Shown one piece after another: positions 48,378 through 58,997 of a DNA stretch of 64,000 nucleotides. Below the pieces are notes generated by a model. The model had not been told where the DNA came from and searched no databases. It was given only the letters and a program-made list of their open reading frames with translations. The translations under genes were made by a program, and so were the position numbers. The stretch is from assembly GCA_002839155.1 (NCBI GenBank), contig PGXM01000002.1, positions 57,586 to 121,585 on the forward strand, written 5' to 3'. This DNA comes from Tenericutes bacterium HGW-Tenericutes-1. GTDB taxonomy: Bacteria > Bacillota_I > Bacilli_A > Izemoplasmatales > Hujiaoplasmataceae. Every line of letters begins with the position of its first letter. Position 1 is the first letter of the stretch.

Positions 48378-49364
48378 TTAAATACCGTTTATTTCTTCAA
48401 TGTAATGACACGAAGCAAAATGTCCTTCTTTGATTTCTCTTAATTCTGGGGTTTCTGTAAAACAATTCGGTTTTGCATATTGGCAACGAGATGCGAATCT
48501 GCATCCTGGTTTTGGATTGATGGGACTCCCTACGTCGCCTTTTAAAATGACTCTACGATCTCTAATTGAAGAGGTTGGATCCGGAATCGGAATGGCAGAT
48601 AATAGTGATTTTGTATAAGGATGGAGTGCATTCTCATACAACTCATCTGCGGTTGTAATTTCCATCATCTTACCTAAATACATAACACCGATTCGATCGG
48701 AAATATGTCTAACCATAGATAAATCATGGGCAATGAATAAGTAGGTTAATCCAAATTCATCTTGTAAATCTTCTAACATATTGACAACTTGTGCCTGGAT
48801 GGAAACGTCTAAAGCTGAAATCGGTTCATCGCAGATAATGAGTTCTGGATTAACTGCCAATGCTCTAGCGATACCGATACGTTGTCGTTGACCACCCGAG
48901 AACTCATGAGGATAACGACTCGCATGTTCGCGCTTCAAACCGACTTTTTCCAGTAATTCATAAATTCTTTCTTGTTTGGCATCGCCTTCTAGCAAATGAT
49001 GGGTATCAATACCTTCTGCGATAATATCTGTAACCGTCATTCGACTGTTTAAAGAAGCATAAGGATCTTGGAAAATCATTTGCATTCTTTTGCGATAAGG
49101 TTTTAACTCTCTTTCTGATAAGTGGCCTATTTCTTCGCCATCAAATAAGATTTCGCCGTCAGTTGGATTATAAAGACGGATAATGGTACGACCAATGGTC
49201 GTTTTACCACATCCTGACTCACCTACAAGTCCAAAGGTTTCACCTTTGTAAATGACAAAATCAATGCCATCTACAGCGGTTAATACTTTTCGTTTTTTAA
49301 GTATACCTGAAATGAAATGCTTTTTCAGGTTTCTAACTTCTAATAAAGGAATGCGATCACTCAT
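48378..49364 (-). CDS. oppF: oligopeptide ABC transporter ATP-binding protein
   Basis: GESGCGKTT Walker A, FSGGQRQR signature, C-terminal oligo_HPY region. Confidence 0.85.
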   Translation of the reverse strand: MSDRIPLLEVRNLKKHFISGILKKRKVLTAVDGIDFVIYKGETFGLVGESGCGKTTIGRTIIRLYNPTDGEILFDGEEIGHLSERELKPYRKRMQMIFQDPYASLNSRMTVTDIIAEGIDTHHLLEGDAKQERIYELLEKVGLKREHASRYPHEFSGGQRQRIGIARALAVNPELIICDEPISALDVSIQAQVVNMLEDLQDEFGLTYLFIAHDLSMVRHISDRIGVMYLGKMMEITTADELYENALHPYTKSLLSAIPIPDPTSSIRDRRVILKGDVGSPINPKPGCRFASRCQYAKPNCFTETPELREIKEGHFASCHYIEEINGI

Positions 49365-50377
49365 GATTGTTCACCTTCGACTTTCACCATTCCAGAAACT
49401 TCTGGTGCATCTTGATGGTGTAACCAACATGAAGCTTCTTGCGTTTCAGATATTTTGAATAATGGTGCTGCTTTCTTTAAGCAAATCTCCATTGCATGGG
49501 GACACCTTGGCGAAAACGGACAACCAGAGGGCGGATCCATTAAATCAGGGGGTGATCCCTCAATCGGAATTAAGCGTTTCTTTTTCCCGGTCACATTTGT
49601 TGGAATTGATAATAACAATCCACGGGTATAAGGATGTTGCGGATGAGCAAATAAATTCTTAATGTCTGCCTTTTCCATAATCATACCGCCATACATGACA
49701 ATGACTTTGTCACATATTTCGGAAATGACGCCTAAATCATGGGTAATTAAAATAACAGATGAATTAATCTTATCTTTTAAATCACGCATCAATTCAAGGA
49801 TTTGGGCTTGGATAGTTACGTCAAGAGCAGTTGTAGGTTCATCGGCGATTAACAATTTTGGATTATTTGCAATCGCCATCGCAATTAAGGCTCTTTGACG
49901 CATTCCACCAGAAAATTGGTAAGGAAAATTCTTGATTCTTGATTCAGGATCAGGAATTCCAACCATTTTCAATAATTCCAATGCCCGTTCATGAGCTTGG
50001 TCTTTATTTAAGTCACTATGAGCCATGATAACTTCACGTAGTTGATTCCCAATGGTGAATGCAGGATTAATTGAAGTCATAGGATCTTGGAAAATCATCG
50101 AAATTTCATTACCACGAAACTGCATCATGTCTTTATGATCAAGTTTCGTCAAATCTGTACCTTGAAAAAATATTTCGCCTTCAACAATTTTTCCTGGTTC
50201 ATCAACGAGACCCATTATCGATAACGAAGTCACACTTTTTCCGGAGCCAGATTCCCCAACAATACCAAGAATTCCACCTTCATCTAGATCAAAACTGATA
50301 CCTCGAACTGCTTGAACTTCACCTAAGTGAGTAAAGAAGGTTGTCCGAAGATTTTTAACTTCTAGTATTTTACTCAT
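49361..50377 (-). CDS. oppD: oligopeptide ABC transporter ATP-binding protein
   Basis: GESGSGKS Walker A, FSGGMRQR signature, LLIADEPTTALD Walker B. Confidence 0.85.
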   Translation of the reverse strand: MSKILEVKNLRTTFFTHLGEVQAVRGISFDLDEGGILGIVGESGSGKSVTSLSIMGLVDEPGKIVEGEIFFQGTDLTKLDHKDMMQFRGNEISMIFQDPMTSINPAFTIGNQLREVIMAHSDLNKDQAHERALELLKMVGIPDPESRIKNFPYQFSGGMRQRALIAMAIANNPKLLIADEPTTALDVTIQAQILELMRDLKDKINSSVILITHDLGVISEICDKVIVMYGGMIMEKADIKNLFAHPQHPYTRGLLLSIPTNVTGKKKRLIPIEGSPPDLMDPPSGCPFSPRCPHAMEICLKKAAPLFKISETQEASCWLHHQDAPEVSGMVKVEGEQS

Positions 50378-50384
50378 CTTCGGC

Positions 50385-51566
50385 CTACCCCTTTCTCAGT
50401 CTTGGGTCTAACGCAGAACGGAGTCCATCGCCCAAGAAGTTGAATGATAACATTGTTAATGCAATCGCTATAGATGGTGCGAATAATTGATATGGATAAG
50501 TCGATAAACCTGCAAGAGCATCATTGGCTAAAGTACCCCATGAAGCCATTGGAGCACTGACACCGAGCCCAATAAAACTTAAGAATGCTTCGGTAAATAC
50601 GGCAGAAGGTATCATCATCGTCATTGAAACAATGATAGGACCCATGGCGTTAGGAATTAAGTGTTTTGAAATAATTTTAGCTTTAGAAACACCAATAGTT
50701 CTTGCAGCTAAAACATATTCTTGTTCTTTTAGCCCCAACACCTGCCCTCGAACCAGCCTTGCCATGCCGACCCAGTAAACTGAACCCAGTGTTATAATGA
50801 TTGTCCATAAGCCTTGGTCATCGATGATAACCATTAATAAAATGACATAAAGTACGAGTGGTATTGAGTTAATAACATCAACGCTTCTCATCATGATGTC
50901 ATCTGCCGTACCACCTTCTAAACCAGATATTGCACCATATGTGACACCAATAATTAAATTAACTAATGTAGCTACGAAAGCAACAGTTAATGAAATTCGA
51001 GCACCAAACATAATGCGGGTTAACATATCACGACCTAAATTATCTGTTCCCCATGGGAATGTTTTATTGCTGACAGTTTTAGTCGGATAAATCGAAGTAA
51101 CATTTTTATAAGTCACTTTAATATCAACACCGCCATCGTCCTCCAACAAGCGGTTTTTAAAGTCAACTTCAATCTCTTCACCCTCATAGTCGTAAGTATA
51201 AATCTTATTAATTGCATCCATATTTGTTCTTACTAATTTATCGAGCAATTCACCTTTTTCGTTGACTAAAATTAGGTTATATTGAGATGATAAAAACACG
51301 TATCCATCATCTGCGATGGCATATATTTCAAATCTTGGTGGAATATTCGTAAAACGATTATCCTGATCAGAATAACTATAAGGCGAAAACCAAGGGCCAA
51401 TGACGCCAAACAATATAATCAAGATGACGCCTGCGAGTCCAACCATGGCTAAGCGATTATTTTTAAGTCTTCGCCAAGCGTCTTTCCAGTATGTTAAGCT
51501 TCTTCTAGTTTGTTCCTTATTCATTTTTTTTGAACTTTCAACGAGTTCAAAATCTGGATTTCTCAT
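50385..51566 (-). CDS. oppC: oligopeptide ABC transporter permease with enlarged first extracytoplasmic loop
   Basis: Start ATG at 51566, one nt after the oppB stop. OppC_N helix, ~100-aa insertion, then WGTDNLGRD and the EAA-loop region. Confidence 0.8.
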   Translation of the reverse strand: MRNPDFELVESSKKMNKEQTRRSLTYWKDAWRRLKNNRLAMVGLAGVILIILFGVIGPWFSPYSYSDQDNRFTNIPPRFEIYAIADDGYVFLSSQYNLILVNEKGELLDKLVRTNMDAINKIYTYDYEGEEIEVDFKNRLLEDDGGVDIKVTYKNVTSIYPTKTVSNKTFPWGTDNLGRDMLTRIMFGARISLTVAFVATLVNLIIGVTYGAISGLEGGTADDIMMRSVDVINSIPLVLYVILLMVIIDDQGLWTIIITLGSVYWVGMARLVRGQVLGLKEQEYVLAARTIGVSKAKIISKHLIPNAMGPIIVSMTMMIPSAVFTEAFLSFIGLGVSAPMASWGTLANDALAGLSTYPYQLFAPSIAIALTMLSFNFLGDGLRSALDPRLRKG

Positions 51567-51567
51567 T

Positions 51568-52500
51568 CTAGTCACCACTCTTTCTGCCAAGTTTAATCCT
51601 TGGATCAATGAGCGAGTAACCGATATCTACTAACAATACCATGACGATATACAATGCTGAATAAAAGACTGTCATCCCGATGATTACCGTGTAATCTCGG
51701 TTATTAACGCTTTCTACGAAGTAACGACCAATACCATTAATTGAGAAAATTCTTTCAACGACGAATGATCCGGTTAAGATTGCCGCAATCATTGGACCTA
51801 CATATGTTATAACGGGAATCATCGCATTCTTTAAAGCATGTTTCCCAATAACTCTAAATTCAGATAAACCATTCGCACGTGCTGTACGAATATAGTCTTG
51901 ACGCAAGACTTCTAACATTGAAGAACGGGTTAAACGTGCAACATATGATAAAGAATAACCTGATAAAGCAATCGCTGGTCCAATGTAAGCCAGCGGATTG
52001 GATAACCCCGTTATCGGTATCCATGATATCCTTGAAGAGATGAAATAAATATAGAGGGTAGCGACAACGAAACTAGGTACAGTAACCCCAATTGTCGCCA
52101 TGACCATGACAACGTGGTCAATCGCTTTATTTTGTTTTAGAGCTGAAATAATGCCCAATGGAATACCAAATAGTATAATGAACATCACAGCGACGAAGCC
52201 GACTTTCATACTACCTGGGAATCCTTGTCTAATCAAATCATTGACAGTTAATCCAAGTTCTTTAAAAGAAGGACCTAAATCAAAAGTCGCAATGCCTTTC
52301 ATGTAATTAAAATACTGAACAATAACTGGATCGTCCAGATTATATTTGGCATTGAGCTGCGCAATAATCTGAGGTGGTAACGGTTTTTCTCTGGTAAATG
52401 GTCCGCCCGGTATCGCTCTCATCATAAAGAAGGTTAAAGTGGCAATGATGAAGAGCGTAAATAGGGCGGAAACTATTCTTTTTAAATAATATCCTATCAT
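51568..52500 (-). CDS. oppB: oligopeptide ABC transporter permease
   Basis: BPD_transp_1 layout (YIRTARANGLSE EAA loop). I prefer ATG at 52500 (GGGGGA 6 nt upstream) over 52515. Confidence 0.85.
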   Translation of the reverse strand: MIGYYLKRIVSALFTLFIIATLTFFMMRAIPGGPFTREKPLPPQIIAQLNAKYNLDDPVIVQYFNYMKGIATFDLGPSFKELGLTVNDLIRQGFPGSMKVGFVAVMFIILFGIPLGIISALKQNKAIDHVVMVMATIGVTVPSFVVATLYIYFISSRISWIPITGLSNPLAYIGPAIALSGYSLSYVARLTRSSMLEVLRQDYIRTARANGLSEFRVIGKHALKNAMIPVITYVGPMIAAILTGSFVVERIFSINGIGRYFVESVNNRDYTVIIGMTVFYSALYIVMVLLVDIGYSLIDPRIKLGRKSGD

Positions 52501-52843
52501 TAGAAGTCCCCCCATAAATTAATCATAGATTATAAACAAGTAATGCTTTGAATGCAAGTGCATGTTAAAAAATAATTAGGAAAAACGCTTTCATTGGATA
52601 CAATAATAAAAACATATGCGAAAATATTGAAAAATAGCGATAAAATCCCTAAAAAATGAATGAAAATTCAATAAAGAACCCATATTTATTAATTTGTAAT
52701 GAAAATAAATCATTTTAGCGAATTGAGATATTCTATCTAAAAACATTATACACTTATCTATAAAACAAAACAATGCAAGGTCCAAAATCGTTTGTAAATA
52801 CTTTGAACTATTAAGCATTATTAATCATAAAATACAAAAATAA

Positions 52844-52872
52844 CAAAAAACGGTTCAAAAAGAACCGCTTTT
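52844..52872. terminator. intrinsic terminator after the MATE gene
   Basis: CGGTTC-AAAAA-GAACCG hairpin with flanking A and T runs. Confidence 0.7.
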
Positions 52873-52887
52873 ACCGAAAGACTTTAT

Positions 52888-54312
52888 TTAAATTGCACTA
52901 ACATCTGGCGTATAATTGTCAATACTTTCAATATCAACTTTTGGAATTCGACTTTGAATTGCTTTCATCTCATAGATTAATAAACCTAATCCTAACAATC
53001 CAGCAACTGTATCTGAAATAGCAAAGCTTATCCACAATCCTTGCAATCCCAATAAAGAGGTCAATATATACGCAAGTGGAATGAATAAGATAACTTGTCT
53101 TGAGATTGCGACAATCATCGCTTTTAATGGATAGCCAATCGCTTGATATACGGAACTGATAATAATTTGAAATCCAACCAACAAAAATCCTAAAGCAATG
53201 ACTTTGAAAGCTTCACTTCCACTTTGAATAAAGATTTGATTATCTGTTTCAGAAAAGATTGAAAAGATAGATTCCGCAAATAGTTGAATAAAAATAAACC
53301 CTAGTAAGAAATACACCATAATTATCTCCGTTGCGAACCTGATTACCGATTTTAATCGTTGATGATTTTTTGCACCATAATTAAAACCAACGATAGGAGT
53401 CATTCCTTGTATTATTCCAAACGCCGGCATAAAGACAAACATCATGACGCGGTTGATTACACCATAAATTGAAATGTATATTGCCGGATCACCTTCGGTA
53501 TATTTTCCAATCAAGCGGTAGATGATGATTGCTAAAAATGCACCAATGGAGTTTCTTAAAAAAGAGGGTAATCCAATGATAGATATCTCCTTCACCATTT
53601 TAAGTGGGATATTGAAGAAATGCTTTAAACTAATCATCAATGAAGATTTGTGATTAATTGAAACTGAGAATATGTAGATAAACGCCACGATTTGTGAAAT
53701 GATCGTCGCAATGGCAGCACCACGAACCCCCATACCAAATCCCCAATCAAAGATAAAGATGGGATCTAAAACGATATTAAGTCCCGTTCCAATCATCATG
53801 GAGTACATGGCTATTTTTGCTCTACCTTCTGCTCTTGTCAGATTATTTAAAACCATGGTTAGAGATAAGGGTGCTAGTCCAATTAAAATGACAATCATGT
53901 AATCTTCAGCATAAACAATATTCGAAGCACTTGCGCCAAAAAATATGAGTAAATCATCTAAGAAAATAAACCCTAATATTGACATAACTAACGAACTTAA
54001 CAATGCAATTCTTAAGGCGGTATTGACTGCTGATTTCATCGTTTCGGTATCGCCTCTACCAAATGCACGTGAAAAGATTGAAGCACTGCCCATACCGATC
54101 ATTAAACTGACGGCCATCGCAATCATTTGAACTGGGAATGCAAACGCTAGTCCGCCAATCGCTATTTCACCAACACCGATTGAAACAAATAACGTGTCAA
54201 CGAAATTATATAGAGCATTCACCACCATTCCTAATATGGCAGGAATCGATAATTGAATTAATACTTTTTTTATATTATGCTTTCCAAGCATTTCAGCATT
54301 ACTAACTTTCAT
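52888..54312 (-). CDS. MATE family efflux transporter
   Basis: About 474 aa with 12 TM helices and the N-terminal IPAILGMVVNALYNFVDTLFV motif. I prefer ATG at 54312 over GTG at 54321. Confidence 0.85.
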   Translation of the reverse strand: MKVSNAEMLGKHNIKKVLIQLSIPAILGMVVNALYNFVDTLFVSIGVGEIAIGGLAFAFPVQMIAMAVSLMIGMGSASIFSRAFGRGDTETMKSAVNTALRIALLSSLVMSILGFIFLDDLLIFFGASASNIVYAEDYMIVILIGLAPLSLTMVLNNLTRAEGRAKIAMYSMMIGTGLNIVLDPIFIFDWGFGMGVRGAAIATIISQIVAFIYIFSVSINHKSSLMISLKHFFNIPLKMVKEISIIGLPSFLRNSIGAFLAIIIYRLIGKYTEGDPAIYISIYGVINRVMMFVFMPAFGIIQGMTPIVGFNYGAKNHQRLKSVIRFATEIIMVYFLLGFIFIQLFAESIFSIFSETDNQIFIQSGSEAFKVIALGFLLVGFQIIISSVYQAIGYPLKAMIVAISRQVILFIPLAYILTSLLGLQGLWISFAISDTVAGLLGLGLLIYEMKAIQSRIPKVDIESIDNYTPDVSAI

Positions 54313-54402
54313 ATTACACACCCTAACTCATGTTCAATGGATAAAAAATCTCGAAGTCTATTATATCATAAATATAAAATATGTGTTGTGATAAACTCAT
54401 GA

Positions 54403-54430
54403 AAATAAAAAAGGACAACGAGTGTCCTTT
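54403..54430 (-). terminator. intrinsic terminator after the flotillin gene
   Basis: AAGGACA-ACGAG-TGTCCTT hairpin, then U-rich sequence on the minus strand. Confidence 0.7.
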
Positions 54431-54438
54431 TAAATTGA

Positions 54439-55875
54439 TTATTTCTTTTCTTCAACGACAGGTACAGTCTTTTCAACTTTAACTTCTTCTACAGGTTTAG
54501 CAAGTGTATCTTCACCTAAATATTTAGGTAAATCCATGCCAGCCATTTTGAAAAGATCATTCATCGGTGGAATTGATTTCATTAAATTTGATGCAAAGTT
54601 CGCAGTGGCTGAACCGTCTTTAGAAGAACCGTTATCCCAAACTGTAATCTTATCAAATTTAAGATTTTTAATCGCTTCAACTTGAATCTTAACTAATGCC
54701 TCTAATTTATCAGCAATTAACATTTTGATTGCTGCATCAGGGCTAGAACCAGCGGCTTCTACTAAATCTTTAAATCCGGCAGCTTGTTTTGATAATATTT
54801 CTAATGTACCACGTGCTTGTGCTTCCATCTTAGAATAGATTCCATCAGCTTCACCTTTTGCTTTGCGACGAATTTCTTCAGCTCCAGCTTCAGCTTGTAA
54901 GACTCTTTGAAGTTTCTCAATTTCAGTCTTGACGATGATATCGGCTTCTAAGGTTGCTTTTTCACGATTAGCACGCGCTAATTCAGCTGTTTTTTCTGCG
55001 AGATAAGCATCTTCTAATGCTTTTGCTGTTGCAATTTTTTCAGCTGTCATGGCTCTTCTTAATGCTTCGGCTTCAATCTCACGGCGAGTTGCATTGGATT
55101 GCGAAATCAATCCTAAAGATTCATTTTCACCGGTAATAGCAGTTGAGTTTGCACTTGCAACTTGAATTCTTTGGTCACGAACAGCATTTGCTTCGCCGAT
55201 GGATCCATCACGGTTTTTTTCAGCAACGGATTTTTTAGCATCATTGATGGCTTTTGCGGCAGCTTCTTTACCTAACGCTTGGATATACCCTGATTCATCG
55301 TTGATGTCGGTGACGTTGACGTTAATCAAACGAAGACCAATTTTTTTCAATTCAGTTTCAACATTTCTTGAAACTGCTTCTAAGAATTTGTCTCTATCCG
55401 TGTTGATTTCTTCGATATCCATAGTAGCGATGATTAAACGCAATTGACCGAAGATGATATCTTTTGCTAATTCTTGGATTTCATTCATTTCTAATCCAAG
55501 TAATCTTTCTGCGGCGTTTTGCATAATGCCAGGTTCAGTTGAAATACCAACTGTAAAACGAGATGGAACGTCAATACGAATATTTTGACGAGAAAGTGCA
55601 TTTTTCAAGTCAACGCTTATGGAAATCGGTGTCAAATCTAAAAATTGGTAGGCTTGGATAAATGGATAGATAAATTTTGCTCCACCATGAACACACGTTG
55701 CTGATTTAGAAGTTCCGTCAGCGTTTTCTCCAACCTTACCATAAATGACCATGATTTTGTCAGAAGGACATTTATGAATTCTTGATACGATGAAAATTAG
55801 AACTGTGAATAAAATGACGATAAGTGCGACGACGAGTCCAACCCAGTCGCCTGTTGCTAAAAATAATGGATTCAT
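54439..55875 (-). CDS. flotillin-like SPFH domain protein (YqiK/FloT type)
   Basis: 478 aa. N-terminal hairpin anchor, SPFH domain, long Ala/Glu-rich coiled-coil flotillin repeats. Confidence 0.85.
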   Translation of the reverse strand: MNPLFLATGDWVGLVVALIVILFTVLIFIVSRIHKCPSDKIMVIYGKVGENADGTSKSATCVHGGAKFIYPFIQAYQFLDLTPISISVDLKNALSRQNIRIDVPSRFTVGISTEPGIMQNAAERLLGLEMNEIQELAKDIIFGQLRLIIATMDIEEINTDRDKFLEAVSRNVETELKKIGLRLINVNVTDINDESGYIQALGKEAAAKAINDAKKSVAEKNRDGSIGEANAVRDQRIQVASANSTAITGENESLGLISQSNATRREIEAEALRRAMTAEKIATAKALEDAYLAEKTAELARANREKATLEADIIVKTEIEKLQRVLQAEAGAEEIRRKAKGEADGIYSKMEAQARGTLEILSKQAAGFKDLVEAAGSSPDAAIKMLIADKLEALVKIQVEAIKNLKFDKITVWDNGSSKDGSATANFASNLMKSIPPMNDLFKMAGMDLPKYLGEDTLAKPVEEVKVEKTVPVVEEKK

Positions 55876-55906
55876 TGAGTTTCTCCTTTATATATATTAA
55901 TTTTTA

Positions 55907-56524
55907 TTACTTGTTATTGTTGTTTTTTGTGACGATAACCGTTGTTTCATTTTCCATACTTATAACCGTAATGCTCATACCCGTCGTTAAATCGGAATCA
56001 TCATCGGTCATTGCGTCAACTTCGACAAAACGTTCTTGGAAGGTTAAAGTGACTTTTCCCATTCCTTGTCTTTTTGCTGGGACTCTAATGTAGACCGTTC
56101 CATTTTTACCAACTGCGTTAATGTATGACAAATTCCCTTCTGATTCTAGTTTCATTGAAGCTCTAAAAGCGTAAGCAAGTAAGTATGATGCGATAATTCC
56201 AGCGATAACGCCAAACAATCCCGCTAACAATGGATGAACTATTCCAGCGAAGCCATAGGCGGTCCATGCTCCAACAGAAAGAAAAGCTAATACGCCTCTA
56301 ACGGTCAAAATTCTTAATCCGCTAAATCCTGATAATGGTTCATCGTTGAGTGGATCAATGTCATCCAATTGATCATCGAGTGATATGTCGCCATCAGCTT
56401 CAAATCCTTCGCCATCACCACCAAAAAGCATTAACACCAAAAATATAATCATCACAACTGTCGCTGCTGTCGCTAAGACAAACATGACTTGTTGAAATGA
56501 AGTTAGTGCTTCCCACCATTGCAT
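55907..56524 (-). CDS. YqiJ/NfeD-like membrane protein with C-terminal OB-fold
   Basis: 205 aa. TM helix, acidic linker, 2 TM helices, then a C-terminal beta-rich ~70 aa (GTVYIRVP...GKVTLTF). It sits immediately upstream of the flotillin gene, as in yqiJK / yuaF-floT. Confidence 0.65.
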   Translation of the reverse strand: MQWWEALTSFQQVMFVLATAATVVMIIFLVLMLFGGDGEGFEADGDISLDDQLDDIDPLNDEPLSGFSGLRILTVRGVLAFLSVGAWTAYGFAGIVHPLLAGLFGVIAGIIASYLLAYAFRASMKLESEGNLSYINAVGKNGTVYIRVPAKRQGMGKVTLTFQERFVEVDAMTDDDSDLTTGMSITVISMENETTVIVTKNNNNK

Positions 56525-56631
56525 AGAAAATCCTCCTTGTTTGTGAATTATAAATATCTATATTTAATTATATCACTGAAAAAGACAAATGAAATAAATT
56601 TTTTATGTGTTTTTTTTGCTAAACAAAATGT

Positions 56632-56678
56632 TAAATAAAATAAGGGATTGCTACACAATTGAGTGTATTAATCCCTTT
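56632..56678 (-). terminator. probable terminator after the ribBA-like gene
   Basis: AAGGGATT (56642-56649) pairs with AATCCCTT (56670-56677), with an inner stem. The U-tract on the minus strand is interrupted. Confidence 0.45.
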
Positions 56679-56693
56679 ATTGATATTAAATAA

Positions 56694-57878
56694 TCATTTC
56701 TTTTTAAAATCTAGCATATGTCCCATCTTATCTTTTTTGGTTCGCATGTAAAATTCATTTCTTTCGTTATGATTGAGTTGTATTTTAACGCGGTTGACAA
56801 TTTCAATGCCATAGCCTGATAACCCATGAATTTTTTTAGGATTATTGGTCATCAATTTCATTTTCTTAACGCCCAAGTTCGATAACATTTGAGCACCGAT
56901 GCCATAGTCTCTTAAATCATCAGGGAACCCTAATGCAATATTGGCTTCAACGGTATCTAATCCTTGATCTTGTAAAGCATAAGCTCTAATTTTATTGATG
57001 AGACCTATGCCTCTGCCTTCCTGGCGCATGTAAAGAATAATCCCCCTTCCGGCTTTTTCAATTCTTCGCATCGCGGTGTGTAATTGTTCGCCGCAATCAC
57101 AGCGTTGAGATCCAAAAGAATCACCCGTTAAACATTCGGAGTGAACTCGAACTAAAACAGGATCTTCTGTTGATACATCGCCTTTTACCAAAGCAACATG
57201 ATGTTCGCCGTTGAGTTTGTTAATGAATCCAACCATTTGAAACTCACCATATTTTGTTGGCATTTTCGCCGAAGCGACACGTTCAATCAAGACATCGGTT
57301 TGTCGACGCGCATAAATTAAGTCCGATATTTTTAATAACGGGTATTCATCTTTTTCTTTTTTTAAGTAATTGGCAGTAACGGATTTTCCATCACTGGTGA
57401 CCAAGGAATAAAATAATCCAACCGGAGGAAGATTCGCTAACCAGCACAAATCAATAATAGCTTCGGATGCCGCTGCTCTTTTTAGAACGCCACCTTGTCT
57501 CGTGGAAACCACTTGATATTGACCACCGATACGGAAATCATCGATAGAAGCATTGGCATTAAGCAAAGCAGAAATAAAACCATCAATGGTATCTTTAGAG
57601 CGTTTTGATTCAACGCCTAGATTGACGAAATCTTCATCATATTCAAAATTGATGTTCTTTTTAACACCGGTTACTTGTCCGTATTTTTCATAACCTAAGA
57701 CAATTGTCGGTCCGGTTTGATAAGGGCAAAAATGCGATAAGAGTTTTTCGTCTAAAACTGGCTTTGCGATAGCGACATAATGACATTCATTTTCTAGACT
57801 GTCATCGTCAACTAAGATAATCTTATTTCCTTCTTTTAATAATTCAATAGATTCCTCAACGGTTAGATACTTAAGCAT
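56694..57878 (-). CDS. RibBA-like protein: intact GTP cyclohydrolase II domain fused to a degenerate DHBP-synthase domain
   Basis: The GCH II motifs [20 protein letters not shown] and [11 protein letters not shown] are intact. The N-terminal domain has LENECHY where DRENEGD is expected, RIGGQYQV for RPGHIFPL, and KRAAASE for KRAGHTE. Start ATG at 57878 lies behind AAGGAG and overlaps the ribD-like stop. Confidence 0.8.
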   Translation of the reverse strand: MLKYLTVEESIELLKEGNKIILVDDDSLENECHYVAIAKPVLDEKLLSHFCPYQTGPTIVLGYEKYGQVTGVKKNINFEYDEDFVNLGVESKRSKDTIDGFISALLNANASIDDFRIGGQYQVVSTRQGGVLKRAAASEAIIDLCWLANLPPVGLFYSLVTSDGKSVTANYLKKEKDEYPLLKISDLIYARRQTDVLIERVASAKMPTKYGEFQMVGFINKLNGEHHVALVKGDVSTEDPVLVRVHSECLTGDSFGSQRCDCGEQLHTAMRRIEKAGRGIILYMRQEGRGIGLINKIRAYALQDQGLDTVEANIALGFPDDLRDYGIGAQMLSNLGVKKMKLMTNNPKKIHGLSGYGIEIVNRVKIQLNHNERNEFYMRTKKDKMGHMLDFKKK

Positions 57879-58974
57879 GGTTATTCTCCTTTGTATTATC
57901 GAATTTTTGAGTTGCTTCAAAAATATAATCTTGTCCTAATTGAAACACATGATCAAAATTGAGTTTAACAGCGTTATTAAGTGTTAAAAAACCTTCTCCG
58001 GATACTGCCGTTTTTGCGTTTTGGCCCCCTATAATAATGGGTGAAATTGTCGAGTATAACCGGTTAAAATACTTTGATTTGATGAAAGAAAAATGTATGG
58101 TTCCTCCCCCTTCAACTAAAATTGATTCAATGCCGATTGATTTTAATTTGGTTAAGATTTCATATAAATCCATGGGAGTGGATGGATTTTCAACTTCAAC
58201 AATGATGACTTTCAGTTTTTTTAATCGCGTTTTTTTCGCTTGGTTTGACTCTTTTCTTGTGACGATAATTGTTCTTGCAAGGTTGTTTTGATAAAGTAAA
58301 GGTTCTGCTTCATCAATTTGTAAGTTTGAATCGAGAATGATTTTATCGGGGTTTCTTGAAATGCCTTGGTCAAGTCTTGTCGTCAGCGACGGATGATCAA
58401 CTTTCACCGTATTAATACCAACAAGAATCGCTTGATGCTTATTTCTTAATTGGTGAATGAATACTCTTGATTCATTTCCAGAAATATATTTCGAATCACC
58501 AGTCACTGTCGCAATTTTACCATCCAGTGACATGCCAAAACTTAAGGTGATAAAAGGAATATCGCTTGTAATCGAGTGGTATAATACCTCATTCAGTTTT
58601 TGACCGTCTTTTTTTAACAATCCAACATGGACTTCAATTTTATTTTCTTCAGCCCATCGAACAAATGCATTAGGGGTAAATGCATTTAGAGAACTAATTT
58701 CAATCCTTATAATCCCTGAATGTAAAATCCAAAGCCTTAATTTGGGAATCATATCTGGCTCATAAGGAAGATAAAGAATTCCGCCTTGTTTAATGCTTTG
58801 ACGGTTTAATGCTTCATCAAGGGTTTCTTTCCCATCTTCAGCCCAAGAAAACAAAATGTCATCACCAGAAACTAATAATAAACTTTGATAAGGTTGATGC
58901 AAAACATAACCCTCACCTTGTCTTGCAAGTTCAAGTGCCTTTTCCATCCAAAGTTTCTTATTCATTCTTTTCAC
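57871..58974 (-). CDS. RibD-like protein: intact pyrimidine reductase domain fused to a deaminase-like domain lacking zinc ligands
   Basis: The reductase region [25 protein letters not shown]...HPSLTTRL is conserved. The N-terminal domain has GKETLDEAL for GEAHAEVHA and YEPDMIPK for LEPCSHYGKTPPC. Confidence 0.8.
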   Translation of the reverse strand: MKRMNKKLWMEKALELARQGEGYVLHQPYQSLLLVSGDDILFSWAEDGKETLDEALNRQSIKQGGILYLPYEPDMIPKLRLWILHSGIIRIEISSLNAFTPNAFVRWAEENKIEVHVGLLKKDGQKLNEVLYHSITSDIPFITLSFGMSLDGKIATVTGDSKYISGNESRVFIHQLRNKHQAILVGINTVKVDHPSLTTRLDQGISRNPDKIILDSNLQIDEAEPLLYQNNLARTIIVTRKESNQAKKTRLKKLKVIIVEVENPSTPMDLYEILTKLKSIGIESILVEGGGTIHFSFIKSKYFNRLYSTISPIIIGGQNAKTAVSGEGFLTLNNAVKLNFDHVFQLGQDYIFEATQKFDNTKENNHA

Positions 58975-58997
58975 CTCCCATAAACTAAAACACTATC

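Noticed and set aside
52591-52818. 75-aa minus-strand ORF in the opp/MATE spacer; similar intergenic ORFs at 12416-12625 and 63267-63464
   Set aside because: They sit in AT-rich promoter/spacer DNA with a skewed Phe/Ile/Lys/Asn composition, no ribosome-binding site and no recognisable motif. 63267-63464 overlaps the better-supported rhodanese gene start region.
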